In this document: one piece after another, positions 41,595-53,080 of the stretch
Layout: each line of letters opens with the position of its first letter
How positions within the stretch are numbered: position 1 is the stretch's first letter
Source of the DNA: Lingula anatina
Taxonomy: Eukaryota; Animalia; Brachiopoda
Assembly (NCBI GenBank): GCA_051362555.1
Contig: CM120645.1
Location: 11,532,001-11,596,000, forward strand
Direction: 5' to 3'
DNA length: 64,000 bases
The notes under the pieces: model-generated
The model's database searches: none
Told to the model about the DNA's origin: nothing
Seen by the model: only the letters and a program-made list of their open reading frames with translations
Translations under genes and position numbers: made by a program

Positions 41595-43552
41595 ATCTCT
41601 CTCTCTCTCAGTTGTGTTGTTTCTCAACAGATGAAGACATGCATATCTTTTGTATGCAGTCTGCACAGCATTTCAAAATTTAGATACACATTTCTGTCAG
41701 CTACAATCTATCTTTCACCATAGCATTATATCTAAGCATGCAGGCCAGGGCTCATTTCTGAAACAATTTTTTTACCTAACCAAAAAATGCTTAATCTAGC
41801 TTGAAAGTATAAAATTGCATAATTGAGGTATTTGAAATTTGCGAATTATTACCATAGTATGAAGGACACCAGTGTATTTTCTCAGGCTCCAAAATCTAGT
41901 CTAAGACCTATCAGGTACCGCTGTTGACTTTGGCAAGGTGGGAAATAGTAAACATAAGGGATATATATAAATCACTTCTGGATAAATAAATCTCTGATCT
42001 AGAGCAGCTTGTATACCGATACACACTATTAGGGATAAACAGTCTTTACCGATACACATTGACGGACTGACAACTTTGAAACCTGGTATTTTTGGTGGAG
42101 GGTCACCCAAATGGAGACCCCGCCACCTCATCCCATCCTACCTCCTGCTTGACACAGTCAATTAATCAACAAACAGAAGGAAGCAAAGACCATGAATTAA
42201 ACTGAGTAGCATAAATATTCTGAGTCTGGTACATTAAGACTTCTCAAAGCATACTGATACAGACTGTATTGCTAAAGTATATCTAAGGATGGGAAGATGA
42301 CCTGTAGTTCAAAATATGCTGTGTTCATTCTGTCATATCAGATGAACATGACGATGGGGCCAAGATCAAACTGAAAGGTGATTAGATATTGAGGGGAGAG
42401 GGGGAGTATGGGATGTCAACGTTTTTTCGGCAAGGACAGTCATAATATTGACATAATGATTAAGGTATCTTCCAAGAAAATCCTGTATTCTGGAAGGCCC
42501 CACATACCAGATTTATCTACACCTGTTTAAATAGTAAAACCTATATAGTCATCGCTTTTATGTGGTGCAGTTTATAAAAAGGATGATTTTGGAAAATGAA
42601 TCTGCATATACAAAGTCATGTACGTAGCTAGAGATTATGTGAAACTGATAATAAGAATTTTGCATAATGCTGATTACTGTTGAAATCACAATCAAAAGCT
42701 TCAAAAAATAAATGCCAGAAAGCAAAACTGATTCAGTCTGCATAGTATAGCCTTGAATCTCTTGATTTAAAAGATAATATAATTCAAATGTAGGAAAATT
42801 AAAGTAAACATTTTAACTGACCACTAATGGAATGAAGTTGATTTGTGAATCGTGTAATTCATGGCTGTAGATAAAGGAAGTGATTTTAGCCCCTGTGTGT
42901 TGATTTGCCCTCCACTTGCACCAACAACAATCCCCGCAAAAAAGATGTTTCAGTTTATCTCCCAGCCCCCACCTGTAAGACATGGAGCACAACAAACTTC
43001 CTTAAGTAACCAACAACAAAACCTCTCTGACGTTGTCAAAGTCTGACCATTTTCAGTTTTGGTAGAATCTTGACAGGAGTGGAATTACCTCATGGATGGG
43101 TTTCAGATGTGAGGAAGAAACTTGAGGTAGAAAGTTGAGTAAAATCACGTGTGTGGAGTGTAACGGCCAACGTGGTTGCATACCATACAGGACCTTACAC
43201 GTGCTCTCTTTTTTTTCCATTTTGTTTTTACAAAGATTATATCTTTCCTCGTTGGTTGCAGAGCTTTTGAACTGTTTTGGCTTGTTTCTAGCTGTGGGAA
43301 TAATTGAATAAAAAAGCACCTAAACATAAACATGGCCATATACTGGTCTGTACATGTATATGTAGGCAAGTTTGAAATTTCTGATTTGCACAACAAAGCC
43401 ATAGGTGTTTTACCTTTGGAATAAACAGTCATGTAAAATAATAGTATTAAAAACATGGTATTTATAACTGTTAAATAATATATACATATAATTATGTTAT
43501 TAGGAGACTTACTATATAACAGTTAGGGAACATGAATTAGAAGTATAAATGC

Positions 43553-43575
43553 ATTATTATTATTATTATTATTAT

Positions 43576-43618
<43 letters not shown>

Positions 43619-43628
43619 TGTTGTTGTT
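43553..43628. repeat. Compound trinucleotide microsatellite (ATT)n(AGT)n(TGT)n
   Basis: Seen directly in sequence. Confidence 0.9.
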
Positions 43629-46600
43629 TTAAATCTGCACATACACTGTTACATTTTAATGTCTGGTTAAGTTTCAATCCATGTAACTTAGGAATACTGA
43701 CAACATGTTCAGGCATAGATGACTTAATTAATATGCATGTATAGATCAACATAAGTTTCTTTATGACCGTGTAGTAACTTTGGTATGCAAAATTCTCCCA
43801 CTCCATTGTTGAGTTAGTGGTCATAGTCTGACAGCCGTCCGTCTGCTCCTAAAATCCTCGTCATAATTTCATGTCTCAGGGTGTTATCACAGATGATCAA
43901 AACCACAAAATGTTGGCTAGTTCTGCGGCTGGCGAAGGCAGGAGAGACTGGGACGAGGAACGGACAAGGTAGAGGCTTTGTGGTCAATGGAATAGCTGTG
44001 GTTATTGGCAGTGTTTGTGATGTGCAGGGTGGCGTTCTTTGATGCCATGCTTGTGGTCTGAGGGTCAGGTTGGTATTACGGCTACTGAATAAATATAACA
44101 AGGTGGTGATAGCACTGTCATGTAACTATGTGGTGAAGATGGGCTTTACTGCTGAAAAAATGAACAAATGTAAAAAAGAAAAAGAAATTACAATAAATTA
44201 AAAGAAAATTAACAAAAAGGCACAGCCCTGAGGTGATCTGAATTGAAAACAAAAAATAAATTATAGCCTGGGCAGAGTAACTATGTTATTATATATTTAA
44301 CAGTTTACATCCAAATCATCAAGACCTTTTTTATCCACTGAAAAAAAAAACTTACATAAATATTTTGCCTTGTAATGAAATTATGGGCTGATAGGTTGAA
44401 TTTTCCCATATTATGTCAACAAGAATTAATGAGAGGGTTATGTTTTTGGTTATTGTGTACGTGTTACAGTACACTGAGTGTGTCTTTAATGATGTGTGAA
44501 AATGACATTTGATATTTGGCTTCCTTGTTATCATTACAAATAAGATTTACAGAGCTGGGGATCTTCATTTTGTCAAGTTGCCTATATACACTGTTCTGTA
44601 CACTCCCTTGAATGAAAGCTAAGGCTTGCAGACAGGAACTATTCCACGATTTACATTTACCTCCTCCCTATGAGAAAAAAAACTCTGGCTTTGATAAGGA
44701 TCAATGTTTTTTTTTAATTTGAATAAATTTTATAGTTTAAATATTATATAAGAATCTTTTTTTGAAAAATAAATAGGAACCCAGTACATTACACATGGTT
44801 TTTACTATTTATTACAGTAATTATAAGAATTGTCATGGAAATTACTTCAATATATCACATGTAAATTAATGAACAGAATAATGAATAGAAAAATAATTAG
44901 AGTAAATTTCAAAAAAGCTTGATTCACATGAAATTTGATCTAGCTTATTTAATGACCATCTCTCCTCTCCCATTTTCCCATGGCCCCACCCCATTTCAAA
45001 TTATCAGAAAAAAAAAAAAAAGGATTTAAAACTTTAAATGAGAAACACTAATTACATTAAATGCATCTTTGGACCAGACAGTTTAGAGTACTAGATTATT
45101 GGAGGATATGGGGAAGATCCTGCTGGCATGGGCCCGCTGGCACATGAAGCTCAGTCCAGGAAACAGTTGCTAAAAGACTTGACCAGGTTCCAGTTTACCT
45201 GGCAACAAGGTCATATAATGGGCCGGGGGGGGGGGGGGGGGGGTCATTGCAGTGACTGTGATATTGTAGGTACAATCCTTGGTAGTGAACTGTGTCCTGG
45301 TATTTGATAGGATAGGTCCAGTCACCTGTACTTCTTTCCTTTACATGTGTGCATGTTGTGAGATATTTTCATCATCATCTACTATTCTGCCCACCTGTCC
45401 TTAAATTCCACACCATTAGTTTATTTTTTTTTTTTTTTACCTTTTTACCCTTTAAGTTGAATCCACTTGATAAATGACACACATAGAACCTAGATTGAAT
45501 TTTGATTCAGAGAGAACTAAGAACTATTTTCCAGCCAAAAGAGCTGCACTTTCAAACTCTCCATCCCTTGCATGCAGACCTAAACTATGTCATTATTTGT
45601 GATGAGTGAATGTTGCCAGCCCAGCAGAAATCCACCTGTAGTGAGTGAATATTTTTTTAATCTGTGTAGAAGTGGTTTGTGTAGAAGGCAACTGGAAAAT
45701 TACCACAACCTATAGAAAATATTAAATGCAAACTGCAGAGCTCTTTTTATAGTTTCAACTCTGTAAATTCACCCAGGAAAACCTCTTTCACTTTGTCTTT
45801 GATATTTTTTATTTAATTTTCTTTTGCCAGGGTATACTATTTGTATTATTTAGTTGCCAACATGTGCCTGCTACATGTATATGTACTCTAAGGATTTGGG
45901 AACTGTTTTAGTTATTTCATAATGATGAACTTGTTTTTGGACTTAGGTTGCTTGCAGGACACTTTGTTTATAAAAGTTAATTCAATGTAAAACAGTCCAG
46001 GATGGATGGTGAATATTTCCTAGAAATAGCCAGGGAAAAGAAGATTGGTACCTTTCTATTCTGACTCCAAGTTGTTGGAAAAATAATCTGGTTAGTAGAT
46101 CAGTATGTATGCATGCAGGAAATTGCTGATAACTGGACAATTGATATTTAATTTCATTACTGAAGTGATTTTCTAACAACGTCCATAAAATGGATCGGTT
46201 TGAATGTCCTGTTAATAAGAAACAAGTGGAATTTGATATATAATCTTACCTTAGATCTGGACAACTACATAAAGAAAATGGGAGAACAAAGTACTATTAC
46301 TTTTAGCTTAATACAGTCTGGTCTAAAACACCTTAATCGGTGATTTAGTAAATTTATGTTGTACACACAAATTCTTAAATGTGGTTACACATACTGATGT
46401 TAGACATACATTTTATTTGTAAGGTGGAAATGTTGAGTGACCTTCCACCTTCTCCTTTAGGTTTTAAATTTTAAGAAATTATATAAGGGATGTTTGGGTA
46501 TATAAGTGTGTGGATTGTATAGAAAAAGATAACCACTGTGAGTATAATAGAAAAAGATACCATTTTGCACGTTACGTATGTGTTAGATGGGAATGTTGAA

Positions 46601-49525
46601 TCATCTTATTTTAGTTTCAAATGGGGACAAAAAATACACATGGGAATTTTGCTTGAATGAATATTTCACTTTAAAAATGTTCACATGTTAGAAAAAAAGA
46701 ACTTTTTATAAAAAGGAAATGTTGAATTCCTTTACCACAACATTCTAATCAGGCCAGACATATGAACCAATCATATTAGTTCAGTATTAACAGATGACAG
46801 AAAAAAAGTCCTGACCTAATACCCCAATACCTTCAGTGGTAGTCGCATTGCCAGAATATTTCAGTCAGCTACTGTAAGATTAGTCAGAATTACTCATTTT
46901 TAAGGCCAATTTTTATTACCTTATCACATGTGTAGTTACCACTAAGTGGGGTAAAGAAATTACTGTTAATGTTAATTAACTGACAGGAATAGAGGAAGAA
47001 ATATTGGCAAGAAATGCTCTTTGAATTGGATTTTGATCTTGTTTTCTACATAAATATACTTTTTTATTCAAGTCAAATTTCCTTGCCCTTATTCAGTCAT
47101 TCTTAATATGTAAAACCAAAAACATATTTTTTATTTTGGCATCTCATGTTAATTCCTTGCCCTCTTTCACCACCATAACCCTCTTCACTTGATCTTGAAT
47201 TTAGGCTTTTCTTAATAAATTCTTTAATAAGTGACATACTGGTATCATACAAAACCTATCAATACAAACTGTCTCTTCCCAATTTTGATACCAAAAATTT
47301 ACCCCAATGTCTAAAAGTATGGTACTAAGTAAAAAAGATATTTGGATTGGTAAGAAGTTTTTTTTTTTTTTTTTTTTTTTTTTTTGTTCAGAATGCTTTT
47401 GTTGGCCTCATGGGCTAAATATTGTACTTACACCTACTTATAATATATAAATGTATTATTTATACAGATTACTAGTATTTCTTTTTATTTTACGAATCTA
47501 TTTAAAAAAAAAACTCTCAATGACTACACATACGTAGCCAAATATAGCTGCTACATTTGATAATGTCCTCTACTATTAGTCATAATTGTCCAAATTTTTA
47601 ATGGTTGTGTTTTTCAGCCTCTGCCACCTTATTTTTAGCTGACCTTTTACGTTTAAAGAGAAAGGTTAAGATTTCACAGATGTTGGCCTCAGTATTTTAT
47701 TGTTTGATGTGCTGTAATATCTTACTCAGCGTTGAAGAGATTTTAATTGGACCCAATTAAGTTCAGTTCATAATATTTCTGAATAATGGAATTTTACATC
47801 ATTTATGAGACACCCACATGTGCAGTTGATATTGGTTTGTCACCATTAATTTTGCCAAATAAAAATTTACTCATAAAAGAAAAGATATTATTTAAACATT
47901 CTGTGTGCTTTTCTGGACATCGACCAGATTTTCTGGGGAGGAAAATTCCTAAACTAACACTAATCAGTGGCCAGTGGGTGAGGCCACAAACAGATTGATT
48001 TATTGATGGAAGTCATATCTAAATTCTGTCGGAATTTAGGCACAAACACATACTGTAGTTTAATATCTACATGTATGTCATCCTTGTCAAGTTTGCTCAT
48101 CCTCGGATGTAAGCAGTAAAGGAAGTTTAGTTTTATGATAGATTTTTTACTCCGCCCTGGAACTATACACAAAACCAAATGTTGCATGATGGTGGTGGGA
48201 GAGTTGCAAAGGAACACAAAATCTTTCTGCCTCCTGCTCTTTCTTTTTGAATGAAAACTGTCCAGTATCCAGGCAAATATCTGTAAATTTTCACAGTATC
48301 ATATTTCCATAATGGTATCTGAGCCTTGTTACTAGTAGCATGAAATACATGATGAACAGTTTTCAATTGCATCATTGACAAATTTATGGCATTTACCCAC
48401 AATCACTCTAATTCCACTTTTTTCTTTTAAAATAAGCAGAATAAATGGTTACATGCATTCCTCACACTAGGTACATTCCTTTTAAGGAATAACAATTTCC
48501 TTATTAATAGGCTGTTGTATTTATCCCCCCCCCCCAGAGCCCCATACAGAGCTGAGCATCTTTAGTACTTGCATTTTTCAGACTATATTATTTTTTTTCT
48601 TAAGTTCCATTTCTGCTTATTTAACAAGGATGAAACATACTTTAAGCAGTAAGCACTGAGTCTGTCTACTTATCCAATACCTGTAGATTATAATTAGCTC
48701 AAAGACTGAGAAAATCATGTAATATATTAAGTAATATCTTTCTGATTATCTAATCACACAAAGGATCCATTCCTTTAGCAAGATCTGAGAGACCTTTAAG
48801 AATATTAGGGCCCAATGACAAATATACGAGAAAAAGTCCCACAATACTCCAGTTGAGGAGCCCCCCTACTTGTGCTATATTTGCTCCTTATAATAACAGA
48901 TTTAAGGTTTAAAAAAAAACAAAAAACTAAGGGCTAGTCGGTGTATATTCAGTATGGATATGAATTTAGTACATGGCACCAAAATAGTGACACAGTAAAG
49001 TCTTTTTTCAGTTTTTATCCTGGTGTATTTTAGTACAACCAGTACAAATCGTGAAAGGTCATGAAATTGGTAGCTTCAGCCTCAGTGAGTCAGAGATCCA
49101 AAAATGTAATGAAATTACAACATGTAGTCCATGTACTAGGGTGAAGCTTCTGTTTTAAATGTGTGTGTTTTGGAAAGAGGCGAGTGAGTCACCAGCACAG
49201 AGCAGGTAGATACGGGAGTACTAGAACTCTGGAAGAGTATTTTGGAGGTTGATACCCTTAGAGGTGTGGGATTTAAATCACTGGTCCATTTTTAGATTTA
49301 ATTACTTTTCCTCCAAAGTCGCAGGAAGTTATTTTTTATGGTTTAAGGTAACGTTGATGATGGATATGCATAAGCTCCACTTGGTTGATATGCAGAATCA
49401 TTTGTGCATACATTTGTAAAAAACATACATCAAAGATAGTGCAATTTTTTACGATTATTATGTGTATGTCATTGATCAATGTTGGAGTGTATGATGAACA
49501 ACCTAAACCCCTGAAATTAATGTGC

Positions 49526-49556
<31 letters not shown>

Positions 49557-49988
49557 TTTTATAAGTAATGAAAATATTCATTTAGAGTTAGTTAATATAA
49601 TGCGTGAAGCATGAATATTGTTGTTGTAAATGGTTAAAATATCTGATACAGTACAGATACAGTTGCCTCATAATTAATGAACAGTATTGAATTGCAATTT
49701 CTTTGATTTCAATTTAGATATATTTGGTTTGATATAGTTCTAGACTTGCCATAGTAAAATATTACAAGAATTCTTTTCAGTAGAACTGTATGGATGCCAT
49801 AAACCATCCACTACATGTATATGAAATTTTTCCGTTTTGTTATCATCTTATTCTATTTTAATTCATCAACTTTTTTAAGCATTTGATTGCTTTTCATGTT
49901 GCAGCATGTCTAAATGTCAAACTGGCAATGTTTCAAATGGATTTATTTTTCATAATGTTAATATTAAAGATTTGTCTGTTCATTTCAG

Positions 49989-50051
49989 CTGGTGACCCCC
50001 AAATTTCCTGTGGTAGTAAAAATAGGACATGCTCACCAAGGAGTAGGGAAA
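49989..50051 (+). CDS. Syn: Synapsin exon 6
   Basis: catttcag|LVTPKFPVVVKIGHAHQGVGK|gtaagt; 63 nt; the ATP-binding Lys and Gly-rich loop of domain C. Confidence 0.96.
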
Positions 50052-50441
50052 GTAAGTACTGAGTTTGAATATTTACACTGTAGAAATCAATATTCATGTG
50101 CATATTTGTTTCTGTAACAAATATATTTTATCTTAAAAGAATTATATAGAAAGGCAGAGATAGAACAGAACTTAGATGTAGATGTAAGATGCAGATTTTG
50201 AAAAAAAAAAGAGATGTCTTATACATCGTATATTTGACTAATTTGTAAAAAAAATTGATGAACAAGTCATAGATGAAAAATTTACTATTATTCATTAATC
50301 AAGACTATTAAACTGATACTTTTTTTTTCTCAAGTTCCTGTTTAATTTGTACCAAGTATCGTGTTTTTATTTGAAATTACATATTACTGTTATCATTAAT
50401 TTTCAGACCAAACTTGAAAGTCAGTAAACCAAAAAATATTA

Positions 50442-50698
50442 GGCTTCGTTCACATGCAATGTCTATTTTCTAAATTCTATTTTCTATTCGCGCTATCTTA
50501 TGATCACGGTCTGTGCACTGAATATCCCGCCGCGTAATTACTGGCAGCGCGAGCCAGTTACTTATAGTAACTTATAATAACTGGCTCGCGCTGCCAGTAA
50601 TAACGCGGCGGGATATTCAGTGCACAGACCGTGATCATAAGACATACCGCAAATAGAAAATAGAATTTAGAAAATAGACATTGCATGTGAACGAAGCC
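50442..50698. mobile_element. Palindromic MITE, PIF/Harbinger (Tourist)-like, copy 2
   Basis: Same family as 14132-14381 and almost identical; 257 bp; flanked by a TTA target-site duplication; in synapsin intron 6. Confidence 0.88.
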
Positions 50699-50850
50699 TT
50701 AATTAGTTGATTTTCTTTATTTAAACAACGGAAATAGATGGGAACTAAACTTCCTTGTTTTACTTAAACATGTTCTGTTATTTCAGACTGAATTTGAAAA
50801 TCATTAGTGATCTTAACTTCCTTGTTTTAAGTGAACACCTGTTGTTATAG

Positions 50851-50993
50851 ATTAAATGTGAAAATCACTATGACTACCAAGACGTGGCTAGTGTGGTAGC
50901 TGTCACCAACTGTTACTCCACCACCGAGCCCTACATAGACGGCAAATATGACATCCATGTACAGAAAATAGGAAATAATTACAAGGCATACAT
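50851..50993 (+). CDS. Syn: Synapsin exon 7
   Basis: gttatag|[47 protein letters not shown](M)|gtgag; 143 nt. Confidence 0.96.
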
Positions 50994-51406
50994 GTGAGGA
51001 TGCCCTTTCTTTTCTCTCTATTTAATCTGGACTAGCTCTGTTACATCTTTTTTTATCCTGTAAAACTTGTTGACATATCTAGTTCAGACTTAATTTTAAT
51101 AAATTAAAATTTCAAAAAGTTCACATGAGTTATACCTACTAGAACTACAGTAGTAAGTTGTAAATTTTGCATATGATATGAAGTGATAAAATAGAATGTG
51201 GATGGGAAGGATATTATGGAGGGGTACATGTGCAGACTTATATACATTTGCATTAGATTTGACTTAATGTATATGAAACTGAAAATGACCAAATGTATTT
51301 AAAAGTTTTTATAAATAAAAATGAATTTAGTAACAATTATTTTATTAAGTTTTATATAATAATATTATCTCATCTACATGTATGTCACTGTTGTTGTTGT
51401 ATCCAG

Positions 51407-51481
51407 GAGGAAGTCTATCTCAGGTAACTGGAAAGCCAACACAGGTTCAGCCATGCTGGAACAGATTGCCATGAATGACAA
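51407..51481 (+). CDS. Syn: Synapsin exon 8
   Basis: atccag|(M)[24 protein letters not shown](K)|gtaag; 75 nt; conserved [15 protein letters not shown] motif. Confidence 0.97.
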
Positions 51482-51782
51482 GTAAGTTGAAGTCCATCTG
51501 ATAAAACTCTCTAACTTATATAAAATAATTGGTCCAGTTCTGAAAGGCAGAGTTTGGTAAACAATTTTGTTTAGGCTCTTTTCACATCAACCTGTACATT
51601 AATACTTTATCAATACAGGTTGTACTGGCAAATTGCGATAGAGGAGATTGAAATGGAGAAGATTGCCATTGTTTCAGAGATTGTGATATATAGTATTCTA
51701 CAATCAACCCCATATTAGGACAGCCTTATTAGTGAACTGTGGCTAATTGATCAGTTTGATATATGTCCATATGTGTTATTAG

Positions 51783-51885
51783 GTTCAAACTATGGGTGGA
51801 TGAATGCAGCCAGTTATTTGGAGGTTTGGACATCCTAGCCGTGGAAGGAATTCAGGGCAAAGATGGGAAAGAATACATAATTGAG
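51783..51885 (+). CDS. Syn: Synapsin exon 9 (possible alternative donor at 51909)
   Basis: ttattag|(K)[34 protein letters not shown]|gtagg; 103 nt. Confidence 0.94.
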
Positions 51886-52193
51886 GTAGGTATTGATATT
51901 ATCATAGAGGTAAGTTTCGATAGGACAGACCAGCATTTGGGTTGATAACTAGGCATAGTTTAACTCAAATTCGAAAGGGTGACTGGGCAAAACCTGAAAC
52001 AGTAGTATAATCAGAGATGTGAGAGGCAATTAATACAAAGTGATTTGGTAAAAACGTCATTTCTAAAGGGACTGGATGGCATTAGACATATCGACCCAGC
52101 ATGTTTAGAAAGGATTTACATTTCTACCATGATCTTTAGAGACAAGAAAAATGTATAAATTTCACTGAACATGTGATTTGTTATTATTTTAAG

Positions 52194-52507
52194 GTGAATG
52201 ATTCTTCCATGAACCTGCTTGGCGAGTCCCAAGAGGAGGATAGAAAACTCATTGCTGACCTAGTTCTCCAAAAATTGCAAATTCATTGTCGGCCAGTGAA
52301 CAATTCTGTGCATCGAACCCCCAGCACCAGCGCCCTCTATCATTATGCTATCAATGGGAAACCTGACGTCAGCCCGCCAAAGCCTAGCCCAGCACAAGTG
52401 CCACAATCTCTGCAACAGCAACAATACCAGCAACAACAACCAATGCAACAACAACAACAACAACAAATGCAGCAACAGCAGCAGATGCAGCAACAACATC
52501 AGTCAAG
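52194..52507 (+). CDS. Syn: Synapsin exon 10 (end of domain C, Q/P-rich domain D)
   Basis: ttttaag|VNDSSMNLLGESQEEDRKLIADLVLQKL...polyQ...HQS(R)|gtaaa; 314 nt. Confidence 0.94.
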
Positions 52508-52905
52508 GTAAATTTTGTGAAAAATGTCTGCATCATTCTTTTGTCTTTACTGCTTAGAAGGTGTTTTTATATACAAAAATTGTAATAAAATTTGAATAAC
52601 AAAATTTATTCTTATTTCTACAATGAAGTATTTGTGAGATATTTTTAATGCCATTAAAGTAGAATGCATAAAATATAAATCTTTAAAAATGAATGACTGT
52701 TAAGTGTTAAGTGACAATACCCTGAGTTTTACATCTTCAGTATAACTGACTCAGAGGTTTCAGTTTCCAGAAAGTTATGAAACCCAGGGCAATCAGTTGG
52801 GAATATGTACAACAATTCAGTAAAGATATAAACTAACAAGAATTAACATTCTTAGTGTACAAAGTAGATCTGCATTAAATGAATCATTTCCCACACCCAT
52901 TTCAG

Positions 52906-53080
52906 ACCCCCACCTCCACAGCCACCCCAGGGACAGCCACCCCATCCCCACCCCCAGGCCATGGCTAACAACCAGAGACCCAAGATGACAGAGGAAGAAG
53001 TACTCAGAGATTTGGAAGACACCGACGACACCATGAAGAATCTAAGAAAAACCTTTGCTGGCATATTTGGAGAAATGTAA
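52906..53080 (+). CDS. Syn: Synapsin exon 11 (Pro-rich segment and domain E, stop)
   Basis: atttcag|(R)PPPPQPPQGQPPHPHPQAMANNQRPKMTEEEVLRDLEDTDDTMKNLRKTFAGIFGEM*; TAA ends at 53080. Confidence 0.95.

Noticed and set aside
52260-53064. Minus-strand poly-Leu and Gly/Trp-rich ORFs
   Set aside because: Antisense shadows of the synapsin polyQ and Pro-rich exons.
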